64,000 bases of DNA from Trichoplax adhaerens (lineage: Eukaryota; Animalia; Placozoa), in NCBI RefSeq assembly GCF_000150275.1, contig NW_002060943.1:8068066-8132065 (forward strand). The letters run 5' to 3'. The notes beneath the pieces were generated by a model. The model did no database searches, was not told where the DNA came from, and was given only the letters and a program-made list of their open reading frames with translations. Below, piece after piece: positions 13,240-30,977 of the stretch. Position numbers and translations under genes: made by a program. How positions within the stretch are numbered: position 1 is the stretch's first letter; each line of letters begins with the position of its first letter.

Positions 13240-15302
13240 TTAACTGAGTATATAGCCACCTCCAGAAAATTCCAAATGCTAAATGTGTAAGAATTAAATA
13301 GAAAAATTTTAGCTAGCACCATTTAAGAATAATGTCATAAGCATAGCTTTAATATACTGGTATATTAAAGTAGTTCGATGGAAGGATGTTTAGTTTACTT
13401 TCGATCATACAAGTGCTTGAGAATAATTAGCGAGATTAAAAAATGTAATCATAGGGCATTGACTATAATTATAAAGTATGCCAGAACAGCGTTAGTATTC
13501 ACCTTTGGAGGTTGCATGAAAGCCAACCAATCAGAGTCAGTAGTGGGAAGTAATCCCATAGACGAACATTTATATAGCGCCAATGCCAGTGAGAGTATAT
13601 TGGATAAAACATAAACCATCATTTGAGCAACAACCTGGCTTCCTTCAAAATTCTCTGTAACTATGAGTTCCAAGCAAACAGCATAAATGTTAAGAGTAAT
13701 CAAGCATTGCACATTAAATTGCGTGTCATGGCGATACTATAGGTGAAAAGCTACTATGGGATATTATTGATACAGGATAAGCTATTTAGTTGAATTAGTA
13801 TAATTAAAGTTATAGTAAGCATACTGGAGTTAATGGATAAGATGGCTTTAATTGGTCGAAAGAGCATCATTCCAACCATCATGACTGGAAATATTGAAAT
13901 AGAATCACCAGACATCCACATAATGAAAAGATTCATCGGTAGCTGTTTCAATGGTGATGTAGCAACATCCCATGCTTTCTGAAAGTAAAAGTTGATCGAA
14001 TTTTGATCAGCGAATAATCGATCGTAAAAGTAATTGTGACAACTCTAGAAGGCGGTGTTTTGATGCTAAAAAATCATGACTACAGTATGCTGTACATATC
14101 ATGGTAGAATATTAATGATGTACATCAAAGTCCGCAATCAATTTATTGCATTTAATAGAGGTAATAGTATCTTACGATCGGTAAACTATCGTAGGCTGTA
14201 TCAAGCTCAAAACATCATGTCTAATACAAGATGGAAAGCGCTAGATAAATAAGATAGAGTTTTAGCGTATAAAATGGTGGCTGACCTTGGCGACTAAGGC
14301 TGCGTCTGATACTCGAGAATCCTATGATAAAACATAGATTACAGATTAGGTGACGACTCGAAAGAACTATTCTAATCCTGACCATACGTTGAATGTAATA
14401 TCCTTTGGTATTGAAAATGTTGAAGAGTCATTAATACTGAGTAACTTACAGGATCTGTTATCGTCTTGTCTAAATAGCCAATTGGAGATGCTACATCTGG
14501 TGGTCGCCATGATGGGTCATTTCTGAAATCAAAGGAATCATATTTTCGTTGTAAGCAATAGCGGGTATAAACATTGTTTCGTCTTTGCAGAAGTCAATGG
14601 GTAACCGAATATGAATAGGACAGCTTTTTAAAACTTGAGCGTTTATCAGACCCTCATGAATGCTACTGGAAGGGGTTTTTGGAATGCAATCCAACACAGT
14701 ATTTGTACGTAGAAAGACCATAGAATGTTGTACAGTATACATACATACATGTCGTGTATGTACTGGTTAGCCCTTCTAACTCTGGCTAAGTGGAATTGCG
14801 GATTAGGAGCGGCAACTACGAAACTTTTTTGCTGGCCAAGTTCAGTTGTTGGTACTGTACTCAAGCGAGGCAAATTGTAGTACAAGGCGACGGTATACAT
14901 TTCAAGTGTTCTTTATTTATGAATTTCTACGTGGGCTTGACTGGTATACGATAACCTCTACAAGATCAATATACAGTATCTACTTCTACCATTGAGTAAG
15001 AAAGGATGGATTTATTAACATTTTCATATATCATTTTAAACATGCTACAACTGTAAATATACGCCAGTCTGCGGCATATTCAAGTCATTTCTGTTGATCA
15101 TGCATCTCTCCATAGGGCACTTTATGATGTATTTCATAGTCGACTCGTTCGCTTGAACTAATGTATTCAATCCGAGGCTAGAGTAAAATTCTATCAAGTA
15201 AATTAATCTTAAGAAATAGAGTATCTACGTTCGAAACCTGTTTGAAAAATCCAGGGACCATTTATGTCTCTTTCCACTTCTTGAAGCAGCGGTGGACGCC
15301 AT
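13240..15302 (-). CDS. EMC4: ER membrane protein complex subunit 4 (TMEM85), 6 exons (15302-15238, 14522-14450, 14321-14286, 13978-13825, ~13654-13503, 13278-13240)
   Basis: Spliced translation [19 protein letters not shown]...SPIGYLDK...[30 protein letters not shown]...[19 protein letters not shown]...LEFSGGG matches EMC4. Introns are GT-AG; the exon 5 acceptor could lie a few nt upstream. Confidence 0.93.
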
Positions 15303-15337
15303 TCTCTTCGGGCTCTTGATGGCACTATGGTGGATCC

Positions 15338-15406
15338 AGTCCGGTACGGTACGAGTATACTGCGGGTACAGTACAGTTCATTTGTACACTCGTACCGTAC
15401 CGGACT
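15338..15406. repeat. 23-bp inverted repeat with 23-nt spacer (hairpin/cruciform)
   Basis: AGTCCGGTACGGTACGAGTATAC (15338-15360) and GTACACTCGTACCGTACCGGACT (15384-15406) are 22/23 complementary. Confidence 0.9.
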
Positions 15407-16015
15407 ACAGCATACAGTACTATACAGTACAGTACACTGTACTGTAGGTTTTCTTTCTTTTACTGTACAGTACATACTGTACACACTGTACAGTACTGTA
15501 CTCTACAGTACACTGCACAGTGTACAGTGTACAGTACAAAGAATTGGATTCACCATTTAAAGCGACAATTACTTGGTTAACCCCTGCCATGCTCCGTTTG
15601 AAAGAGACTTGTTTAGCTGGATCCTCTATTATGCATCAATGCATACAGGATATTGTAATGTGCAAAATGACCTGACACCCATAGGATTAAATGGAGGAAG
15701 CACTGCTGTACAGTGTGCAGTACTATACTTCTTCAGCAAGACCGCAAGACATAGTTGTTGATCCATGGACCTACAAGGAAAAGACCTCTAGAAAAGACCT
15801 TCTAAAAGGTTAATCGATCTGATGGAGTTAACGGACTCCTGGAATACGGTACTATAGTCCGGCGCTACTTGGAGCCATAGACTATGACTAAGAGTGATGT
15901 AGTATTGAATGAATAGTAGTGTTATGTATATAGTGTATACTGTACCTTGGAACACGAAACAGCAGCAAAGCGTATACTATACTGTACTGTACACTGTACA
16001 CTGTACAGTATATTG
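15338..16015. promoter_or_regulatory. TACAG/CTGTA palindromic motif islands in the EMC4/PCCB divergent region
   Basis: Dense TACAGTAC/GTACTGTA/TACACTGTA runs at 15405-15540 and 15975-16012. The regulatory role is inferred from position only. Confidence 0.5.
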
Positions 16016-18484
16016 CTCACGCACGCGCACTTCTGCTACATTACCTCATCACGCCATAGCTCGCGTGGCTGTCCACTTGCAGAATTTGCCACTTGATCTC
16101 CATTATTTTTTCCAGTGGCTGCTAATTCCGTGATAGAAATGGATATCGTATAGATTCAATGTAGAAAGGTTCATTTGGACACTAATTTTGGGCAATGATT
16201 TGATATTGGAAGCGAAACCAGCCTAGTTGAAAGGCTCTCCAAAAGAAAAGCGACAACCTGGCCTTCCGAATCTTGCCGTGTCCTTGGTTACTGCAAAACT
16301 GCAAGACGATTTGCAAACCATGTGGTAATGGCAGAATTTTTTCGAGCTAAATGTACATCCTTATCAATTGATTTCGCGAGACCTATTAGAGTCACCGGTA
16401 TAGTTTCGTCAAAGAAAAATCTATAGTGTGTGCTCAAGGTCTCGTACAGAAACGCTGTTTATACCACTTGAAAGGATAATTCATGAACTATTCAAGTTGT
16501 TCTAATCAGCTACATGTACATTGACAGTAGACAATTTTATTTGGTTTTTGCGTGATACAACTTGTAGAATAGGCATAGCTAGGGCACGCATTACTATAAA
16601 TTTCTAGTATTTCGTAGCTAGGGTGTTCCCTTACGTCTGTCATCAACACGAGCTACGGGTAAGCTGCAGAAAGCTAACAAAACTATTTTGGATTCTTTAT
16701 GCATACTAGATATGAAAACGCAAACACGTCTCGGCCATGTGCCCATTTGGACACGTTAGACCATCAATATCGCTAATGACACAGCAAAGCAACAATCTGT
16801 AAAAAGCAGTAAATAGGCTGATAGACTACGATGTGTAAGAAGTACAGTGGTATTGGATGGTTAAGGTCGGACTTCACCGGAAGCTAGACAGAAAGTGTGC
16901 GATCATTGCGACATGGAAGGAATCCGTATGTGAGACTGTTATGTCTGCTTGTCTTTCTTCATACTCTTTGTAGTCATTCTCATGGAACCCCTTTGCAATT
17001 CTTGATCGGTTTTTCAGGTTTTTATTCAAATTTTTCCATCCATCGGATCTGCCGAATTAATTGAAGCGATGGGCTGCTCGTATCGGAGCATCTGTGAATG
17101 GTTGGTTTTTAGTTTGGCAGCTGGATACCATGGCGTTAGATGTTGTCGTACTCGTTTTGAACTTCGACTTAAACTTAGAATGAAGATTTTGAAGAGACAT
17201 GACGAATTTGCTGCTCTGTAAATTGATGCTCTGTGTGATCATGATAGATTAGCAGTCATCTCCTACAGATTCTCATAAAGAAAACTTAATAAAGGGCTTT
17301 GATCGAAAATGACTAAACAGTTTCTTGAACGTCTTTGCAGTTACAATCTTGCATCCTTGATCTCAATGCAGTAAATGATGTAAATATATAAATGTCAATC
17401 ATACAAAATGGCGGCACGTAGTAGATATATAACAGATACACACAGTAGGAGAAAGTTGCATTCCGAGTCAAAGGCCTTTGCTTGGATTTGCTATTAAAAA
17501 GTTTATATTGACTGTAATTTAGACTTACTTTGAAATGCTCTTATAGTATTTGTTATCCCTAAGACTATTCTGATCTTGTGATTGATAGTAATGTTGAGAC
17601 TGGGTGATTTAGAATAAGAATAACTTGATTACGTAGATAAAAAGGTTACAGAATATTAGCAATAAAAAGGCTATCGCTAGTAGTAAAAACGTTTGTCTAG
17701 TAATCTCTACTTAGCCAATCTGGGAGGCTTACTTTAACTCTCTCGCTAAGACCCTTTTATATGATTTGGGCCCATCTTGTTGGTCAACATATTTCAACCA
17801 AATTGGAACGCAATTATTCCCATACATCGTCGCTAAACAACGTTCTCGCGACCGATCCAACATAGCGCTAACAGAATGTCTATGATGATTTAATTCTAAT
17901 GCAGATCATCCTATTACAACTCTATACCCGTATTTTGGTTTTATCCGGGATTTAGTTTAATTTCCAACTTGTATACTGCGAATCGCATTATACTCATACT
18001 AGGCATAGGATAGAAAGCGGTTTTGGAAAGGAATAATTTATGAGAGTAGATGAGCCTTTCAAGCGCTTTTCTACTCCCTAAGACTGATCAGTTCAACACC
18101 AAGCCAGAACGCAGACATACAGTGTGCAATAGAGAATTCAGGCCGATACTCATAGACAAGCATTAGCATAATTCGCCAAATAGTAAACAGCAATCCTAAT
18201 GTCTAGCCTGCTACTCTCCAATTCGATATAAAGCAAACATTTATAGTAGCTAGTAGGGATTGATGAACATCTGCTAAAAGTACTGGCCGAGCGTAGCACT
18301 GTACACTATACAAAACCAGCCGCAGTTTAGCAACAGCAACAACACCTAATCACCGCCCATACTGAAGGCCAAAACTGTAATAATACTTGGACAGTTGGCA
18401 CTGTATTGCAAGACCGTATAGTAGTAACAGGTGTAAATCGTAGCAGAGCTGATCATTTTTTTTCCCCTTGCTTAGTTTGGCGGT

Positions 18485-23175
<4,691 letters not shown>

Positions 23176-23722
23176 AGCCTTCTAAGGTTAAATTTTATCC
23201 ATCATTATAATGACACGATTGGATAACGATGGAGTATTAACACATTACATGGGGTCATCCAATGCTGATTTACTGGCCCCATGACGGAAAGCTGTTGCAT
23301 TTTCTTTCATTGAAATATAAATATATATATATATAATTATGCAGTAATTATAGATTACAGTCATTCTGATCTACAGCAAATCAAAGGGATCAGCGTTCCT
23401 CATAAATAAAGAGATTTTAAGACAATTCGATTTCATAATCATTTATTAAGTGTGTCATCCATACTATTATAAGATTTAATACATTAATCGTGAAGCGACT
23501 AAAATTTTTACTAAAAGAATGACAATTTACGAGACCCAGAGGTACAATCCACATTCTACATACTACATCCTCAGCTATAGACTATTCCATGATGATTTGA
23601 TTGATTTACAGTATATATTTCAGTTGATGTAATGGTACACGTATTTTGATACCATATACGAATTCGGGGAGTATGCACGTACGTATTTCAATTCGATCTC
23701 ATGCATGAAAGGGCAAATGCAG

Positions 23723-26700
23723 CTACTGATAAGTACCGTAGGATCTTTCAGCAGGCATTTTATCTTCATTGACAGTTTGTTGAGTAAATGACTTCTCTTG
23801 CATCAGAACGAAAGGTAGATAAGTCTATAGAATCATTAAAACGAAGCAGTAGCTATCAATATACATTGCCCTAATATATTTTACAAGAATATATCTTACG
23901 ATTTTTAGTAAAAAATGCGCAACAGGCGAACTTACATAGTTGCGACCGGAATTAGAATCTTCTTCTGTCATGTATTTCTATGGCATTAATTGACTCCGTT
24001 TTACTCGTAAGCAATTAATAAAATCTAAAAATTTTATTGATATTATGTGAAGGTGAGTTACCTTTTTAGGAATGAATCTTGAACATACATTGAAACCAAT
24101 TACTCCAAAATAGAATACCAACGATATAATTAGAATAACAAATGTGAATACAGATCGAGCGTCAGCCGTACCTGGGATGAAGTAAAGAACATAGTGAGAA
24201 CAAGGAAAACACGTAAATTTAATCTTGCAGACTTCCATTGTCATACTTTACAAGCAGAGAAACAGCAATATTGAGTAGGTATTAGAGACAATATCTGCAT
24301 TAACACTTACCTATACGTAATATATTATAAAATAAAACGCATCCTAACATCATAATGGTTCCAAAAACTGAGAAGGAAATAGCAGTATCATGGATTTCGG
24401 AATCGTAGTAGGCAGTCCGGCTTTTTACATAGTACATATTGTATTTATCCGTGTAATGTTTTAGAACTAGATACACTAAGCCTATAAAATAATAACGTTT
24501 TCATAATAGTTAATGACATTGTTAGAATGCAACCACGAATTTGTTTACTCAATTTACGCAAGCAATAAGGAAGCCTACCAAAAGGAGTAACCAATGGGCA
24601 GCTAAGACTATAAATAATCGCAATTGTGATTGTAACTAATATCCAAGAATACTGGGAACCAAAGTCAAAACCCTTCTCTTTCTGTAACAATAAATTAAAA
24701 TAGTTAAAATTATTTGTAATCATATACGTATCTAGTATAATTTTTTTTAAATTAGTAAGTATCTATAAGCCTGTTAGCAGACCAATTTTAGCGTTTCTCT
24801 TTCAGGTGTACTTTTAGTAAAAAGCATTTTGAATCCCAAGATAACCATTTCCGGGAGTCTCAATATCTCAGACGCGTTACCAATAAATGCGGATGTTATC
24901 AGATAATTTACAAAAAAGGCCCCATTGTTTGCAAGAAAAACGCACCTAAATATAACGATTATTCGGATACAGATAAAGAATAGAATTTGATAGCATTTTA
25001 TTCATGAAATAATTAATCTTGTTCAATGATATATATATCAGCGCAAGCACTTAGCAAATAAGAATATTAAATACAAAACTGCAGGTAAATGTTAGGTGTT
25101 ATCGAAAAAATAATACTACATAAGTAATTAATCATTAGCTTACTGCAATTGAGTCAGAAAGGTTCCTCGATCAAACGTCAACTCAAAGAATGCTGCAGCG
25201 CTATAACAACAAAGTAATAAAATTAAATTAACTAGAGTCGGTTAAAAAAGTTACGATTGGATGTCAATATTTCATTCGTAATCACATAATCACTAAAATC
25301 TTAAATAAATAAGAGACAGTTTCAAAACCTTGTTAATGCCAAAGACGGAAGAATAATTATCATAAATAGTAGAAAGACATAACTTTTCACCATAACAGCA
25401 TACTCAAGTTGGGATCTAGGTTAAAAAATAATTTCATGAGGGGTTAGCAACACATCTTTGCTTTATCCCATATAGAAAATCTAATGGCAAGCTATATAAA
25501 ACTTTGAATAACATAAAAGTAATATAATTACTTTTTAGTGAATACTTCGTATCCACTCAAAGTGACTACAGTCAATGGCAAGAGTGACCCAATAGCCCAC
25601 AACATTATGGTTGGAAAAACTTGGGTGACGAAGGCACTTGTAGAAGCAGCAAACTAAAAAGAATTCAATGATATTAGCAGGATAAATATTTAGAGCTTTT
25701 GCAATACATTGAATTTTAAAAGTAGGTATTTACATCTATCTTTAGTTCACGGAGGCCCGCTAATATGATTGCCGGCGTAGTCAAAAAAAGAAATATGAAG
25801 AATAGCGCTGGGGAAAAGTCAAACAAATAGTAATCTTCAGTTAGTAAATAATTTAACTTGATCTATTAGTTTGTTTTGAGTAATTGACTTCTTTACCAAA
25901 GTTGGTTAAGATGGATTTCATCCAAGAAGTCGCTTTATTAGTGGAAAAGTTTTCCCTAAAAATGTACGCGTTGAAATTAATAATGACAATATTGCTATTA
26001 GCAGAATTGAGAAATATTATTACCATATGATATTTGCAGGTACAGGGGCAAATTTCACTTCCCAGCTGTCTGATTTTAACTCGCTGGAGTATTGCGAAGA
26101 AGCACGGGATCTTGTTTTTTTTAAAAGTTTATAATCATCTACAATACTAATCCATATATGACGTATAAAAAAGTAAGGTGAGACACAATAACAATAGTTG
26201 AATTGTATCTTATTTTAATTATCAACCATTTAAGGCACTAAGTATAATTATTAACAAAGTGAATATTTAGTATATTTTACATGTGAGCTGCAGCAGTAGT
26301 TGAAAGTGTAATAAACGCAACTCCTGTACTTCTTGACAACACCCGCTGTAATTCTTTGTCGTAGTTAGATGAAGCTAATTCTAAATTATTCGTATAGTAT
26401 GTGATCCCATCGGCCTATCAATGAAATTGTTTTAATTACAAATACGTACATTCGTTGAATGTTAACTTGAACTGAAGTATGCAATACGTTATTTACCTGC
26501 TTACAACCCCTACAATTACAACAGGTACAATAGCCAATCATAGGTCTTTCACCAGTTGTATCATACTGGCGTTGACAAAATCTTAAGCAAGCTCCGTATA
26601 AATGCCTGAAATTTCATAACGATAACATTATAAAATACACAATACACGTCAACAACCATTTTATCAGCTTTATATGCATACTTATCGCGATAATATTTAG

Positions 26701-29700
26701 TTAAAAGCTTTATATCGTAGGCAAATTCAACTGCCGTAACTTGACATGCATTATAAGCTTCCCTGAAGAACGAACAATTGTAACATGTAAATACATTCAA
26801 TTAGCAATTTTTTCGTAACAGTAATAGCACAGTATGATTAAATTTTTATTCGATTATGTATCGAAAGTTAAAAAATAATGTAAAAAACATTGCAAGGCAT
26901 TAAATTTACCAATATCTAAACAACGGCAAAACTAGGAGAACTTACTCGAAATGTTGCTTAATCAAGTTTTTATCAGTAGTATTTTTGGGTAGTCCTCTTA
27001 CGCAGATGGTATTGGATGACTGAATGGGTATATTGAATAAAATACAGCATTCAAAGTTATGGATTATGCATAACGATTATATTAAAATCATTGCGAAAAA
27101 ATGTATATCTAGTAATTCAAGCTCAATCATTTCTATCGCCAGTCTTACCATCTCATTCCTCCTCACTCCTAACTGAGTAGAATATCGATACATCAGGATA
27201 ATATTTATTAGTAAATATAACACAGCAAAAACTGTGTGCAGCCAGAGGACTGGTGCCCTATTTATAAACGATATCGGTTAGCTGAGATAATAAATAAATA
27301 ATGTGTTAGACTATCAATAAAATGTCTTGACAATTGACAGAATTGATTTAAATTTAGGTAAAAAGAGTAATGGGACTAGAATAAATTAGGATAATAGCAA
27401 TGTAAACCTACAATTATATCCTACACGTAAATATGCATTAGCAAATAACCTGGGATTGATATTCGTAATTGTTGTAGCATCAAATTTGTCTTGGCTGTCT
27501 ACAATTTTAATTTGTATCGAGGATTAAGAAATATCTTTGCTATTAAAATAATATGAAATTTTACAATTCATTAATTTCTTCCTAATGAATTAAATATCTA
27601 CCTAAAAGTCCTTGAATATTTACAGGCAAAATAATGCCTATAGAGAGTACAGTATATACGACTAGCAAGAGTATCATATATTGTTGAAAGATGAGATAAC
27701 GGACGGAATCTGCTCCGCACTTTTTTTCAATATCTGATAGCCTGTAATATATTATTAGCAAAGGGAAATTTTCAACAAGCAATCTAGGTATCTTGTTATA
27801 AGTACAACTTGGAATTGAGATTAGAACTTAAACTAAAAATTAAGAATTAGTTTTCAACTTACGAAAGATGAATTAAATTGGAAATCCAAGAGAACAACCA
27901 CTAAACCGAAAAATAAAAGAATTATTAGCCACAAAAGGATACTCAAGGTCTATCATTGTAGTACCAGTTACAATACAAGACTACAGCAAATTGCTATACT
28001 GTATAATAATGTGTGCAATCAATCTAGCAGTATGGTATTGTCAGTTAATTATATTAATATTCATTAACTAGCTAAAAAATACGCGTATACAGATGTCATA
28101 AATCGAGCTAAAGCACAAAGAAATCGTTATCCCTAACGTTAATTGTGCTTCTGAAATTCGATTTAGGTGCGATAATTGTATAAAGTTGTAAGATTTTAGC
28201 GAAAATCAGTAGCTGTAAGTTCTGTCTAATCAGTTATTTTATTTTCTATGACATTCAGTACAGTAAAAGGGAAGAAAACATTACAAGAGTCTTTATACTC
28301 GTATGAAATAATGATTGCAAAGCATCCTAATAAAGATTTCAATGAAGACGTGATGCATAGCAACGCTAGCGATGCAGTATCGTATATAAACGATATTTTT
28401 ATATGTCATTAATAATTCTAGGTATATGTCTGCTGACTTGTTAAATTTAATGACAAAGTTGGTATGATCTGACTTTAAGGTGACATTGTTTTATGGGGTA
28501 CTTTTATATTCACTTTTAAAAACTTTATGTCTTGGATGATTGTAGTACAGTCGATAATGTTCATTTTTTGATTACACGTAAATGTTGCAAGATTGTGATT
28601 GATTTTATAACATAGTATTCGTAATGAACTTACTTTGTTATTTGCTGTAGGCGATCCGTCATTTACTGTCTGATGTTGTAAATGTGAATTTTCTCCGTTA
28701 TTAATTTCACTATCGTCTGTTTTTGTATCTTGCTAGATACGGTAAATGATAGATTGATACTGAGTATACTTACTTCAACGAAGGTTTGATGTAAATACAA
28801 TGCGATAAATTGAGAAAGAATTGTCATCTCATTATGCGTGAAGATGCGTTGTTTTAATAGTCATTTGAAAAATTAAAAGTGTATCACAGGGATAACTAAA
28901 AATGTAATTCCTGTGTAATTTTTTTTACATCGCAATATCCAAATTTTTCAACAACGTTTTATCAACTATTAATATTAAGAAATTGAAATAGAAGGGCGCT
29001 CACAGAGTACGTCAAGTTTGTGGAAGCTTCTTCCACTACCACTTATTTACTAGAGTTTGTATTCTACCTTGTACAGTATGTGCTATAGAAAAGCTAAGAA
29101 AGCCCAATTGACGTAAAAAGTGACTATGTTGTTTGGAAGAGAATGATCTGTTTGACTTACAATTGCTCCTTGTGGACGAGTCACTGTGACCACATCAGTA
29201 TCGTTATCATCTTCAGTTGGTTCATGTACCGAGCTATAAAATACATTAATCCACCTGTAATTATAAAATTAGGATTAATATTAGAGTGGGTTGGTACTGA
29301 ATGAAACGTTCAAGCATATCAATATGATTGTTTCCTATTTTAAAATTGCTAATCATAATAAGTGGAAAAAAGATCAAAAATTATTGCATATTTTTTAAGT
29401 TCGGTTAAGATTATTATTATTTTTATTTGCATCATGTAGTATTAGTAGTTTGGTACTCTTTTCGGAAAATTATCTTTAATACTTTTCGATGACAAAATAG
29501 ATAGATACAGTCGAGTAGAATATAGATTATTTATTTTTAACCTCCTATCAGCATCTCCTAGTAATGTTTCATTGGTTTGGGAAGCAGAGCGACGCAAAAT
29601 GCTAAATATTAGCAACATGATCTATAATATGATGTGGTCAAAAATGTAACAAGAAGCAGTTTAGAATGGTATAAATTTACAAGCAGTAGAAAGGGGCTAT

Positions 29701-30012
29701 TCTAAAAGTATAAAATGTTCGATAAGTACTGGTACTTGATTAAGAATAAGCTATCACACTCGATCTACTCATCTGTGTCAAAAGCTACAGTCTATGGAAA
29801 ATTGTGTAAGACCACTTTAGCAATACAAGAACAAAGTTGCTCATGCACGTCGGACTTACCACCCAAACGATAAAATTGATCAATAAATTTTGCGGTACTC
29901 CTCCGTATACGACATGTCCGAAAATAGAGGTGGCATTGGAAGGAGCATCAACACCACAGGAAAAATTGGAGCTATTGAAAATCACTCCGTACAGAGTATC
30001 GTAAGTAGACAT
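23723..30012 (-). CDS. TMEM63: TMEM63/OSCA/CSC1-like mechanosensitive/osmosensitive cation channel, ~23 exons
   Basis: Spliced translation includes YGGVPQNLLIN, FSILRR, KCGADSVRYLIFQ, IILPVN, LWLHTVFA, GVAFIT, WEVKFAPVPANIIWEN, FFLTTPA, ILPSLALTS, CVFLANNGAFFVNYLITSAFIG, FDFGSQY, CPLVTPFGLVYLVLKHYTDKYN. All traced introns are GT-AG. An AG acceptor directly precedes the ATG. Confidence 0.92.
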
Positions 30013-30087
30013 CTAGTCGGTGAGAAAAAGCATCATATCATCTCTTCAATCTACTGTACGCTGTACAGTACCATAGTAACATTTTCA

Positions 30088-30977
30088 AAATTGAGCATTT
30101 CTGAGAACGCTTCTTCAGTGACATTAATGAAATGATTTTAGGGTAGATGCTATTCTGTCTTGAAGGTTAGTAATAAGGAAAATCAATCAATATAGAGTAC
30201 ATTAATTTCAAGTAATTTCTGCGCGACATGTTGGCATACGATTGAACTACAGTATCATCACTTTGCAAATTGAACATTTCTGAGAACGCTTCTTCAGTGA
30301 CATTAATGAAATGATTTTAGGGTAGATGCTATTCTGCTTTGAAGGTTAGTAATAAGGAAAATCAATCAATATAGAGTACATTAATTTCAAGTACTTTCAG
30401 AGCGACATCTCGGTAAACTGTACGATTGAACTACAGTATCATCACTTTGCAAATTGAGCATTTCTGAGAACGCTTGTTCAGCGGCGCTAATGAAATGATT
30501 TAGGGTAGATGCTATTCTGCCTTGAAGGTTAGTAATAAGGAAAATCAATCAATATAGAGTACATTAGTTTTAAGTACTTTCAGAGCGACATCTCGGTATA
30601 CGATTGAACTACAGTATCATCACTTTGCAAATTGAACATTTCTGAGAACGCTTGTTCAGTGACATTAATGAAATGATTTTAGGGTAGATGCTATTCTGTC
30701 TTGAAGGTTAGTAATAAGGAAAATCAATCAATATAGAGTACATTAATTTCAAGTACTTTCAGAGCGACATCTCAGTATACGATTGAACTACAGTATCATC
30801 ACTTTGCAAATTGAGCATTTCTGAGAACGCTTGTTCAGTGGCGCTAATGAAATGATTTTAGGGTAGATGCTATTCTGCTTTGAAGGTTAGTGATAAGGAA
30901 AATTAATATAGAGTACATTAGTTTTAAGTACTTTCAGAGCGACATGTTGGTATACGATTGAACTACAGTATTATCAT
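30088..30977. repeat. Tandem array of five ~180-bp units (minisatellite/satellite-like)
   Basis: The anchor CTGAGAACGC recurs at 30101, 30280, 30464, 30642 and 30821 (periods 179, 184, 178, 179); units are highly similar. Confidence 0.95.

Noticed and set aside
15209-16133. Short ORFs rich in Y/S/T/V/C/Q (also at 54-299, 32306-32653 and 45848-46266)
   Set aside because: By-products of TACAG/CTGTA low-complexity islands; no protein-family features.
16900-17260. Coding-like minus-strand fragments as a pseudogene or transposon relic
   Set aside because: All frames are interrupted and I recognise no homology; a BLASTX search would be needed.
29003-29085. Possible extra TMEM63 alternative exon ending at a GTGAGC donor
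   Set aside because: No phase-compatible acceptor without a stop codon; the flanking exons already join in frame.
30088-30977. Tandem array as a CRISPR array
   Set aside because: Whole units repeat with no unique spacers, there are no cas genes, and the context is eukaryotic.
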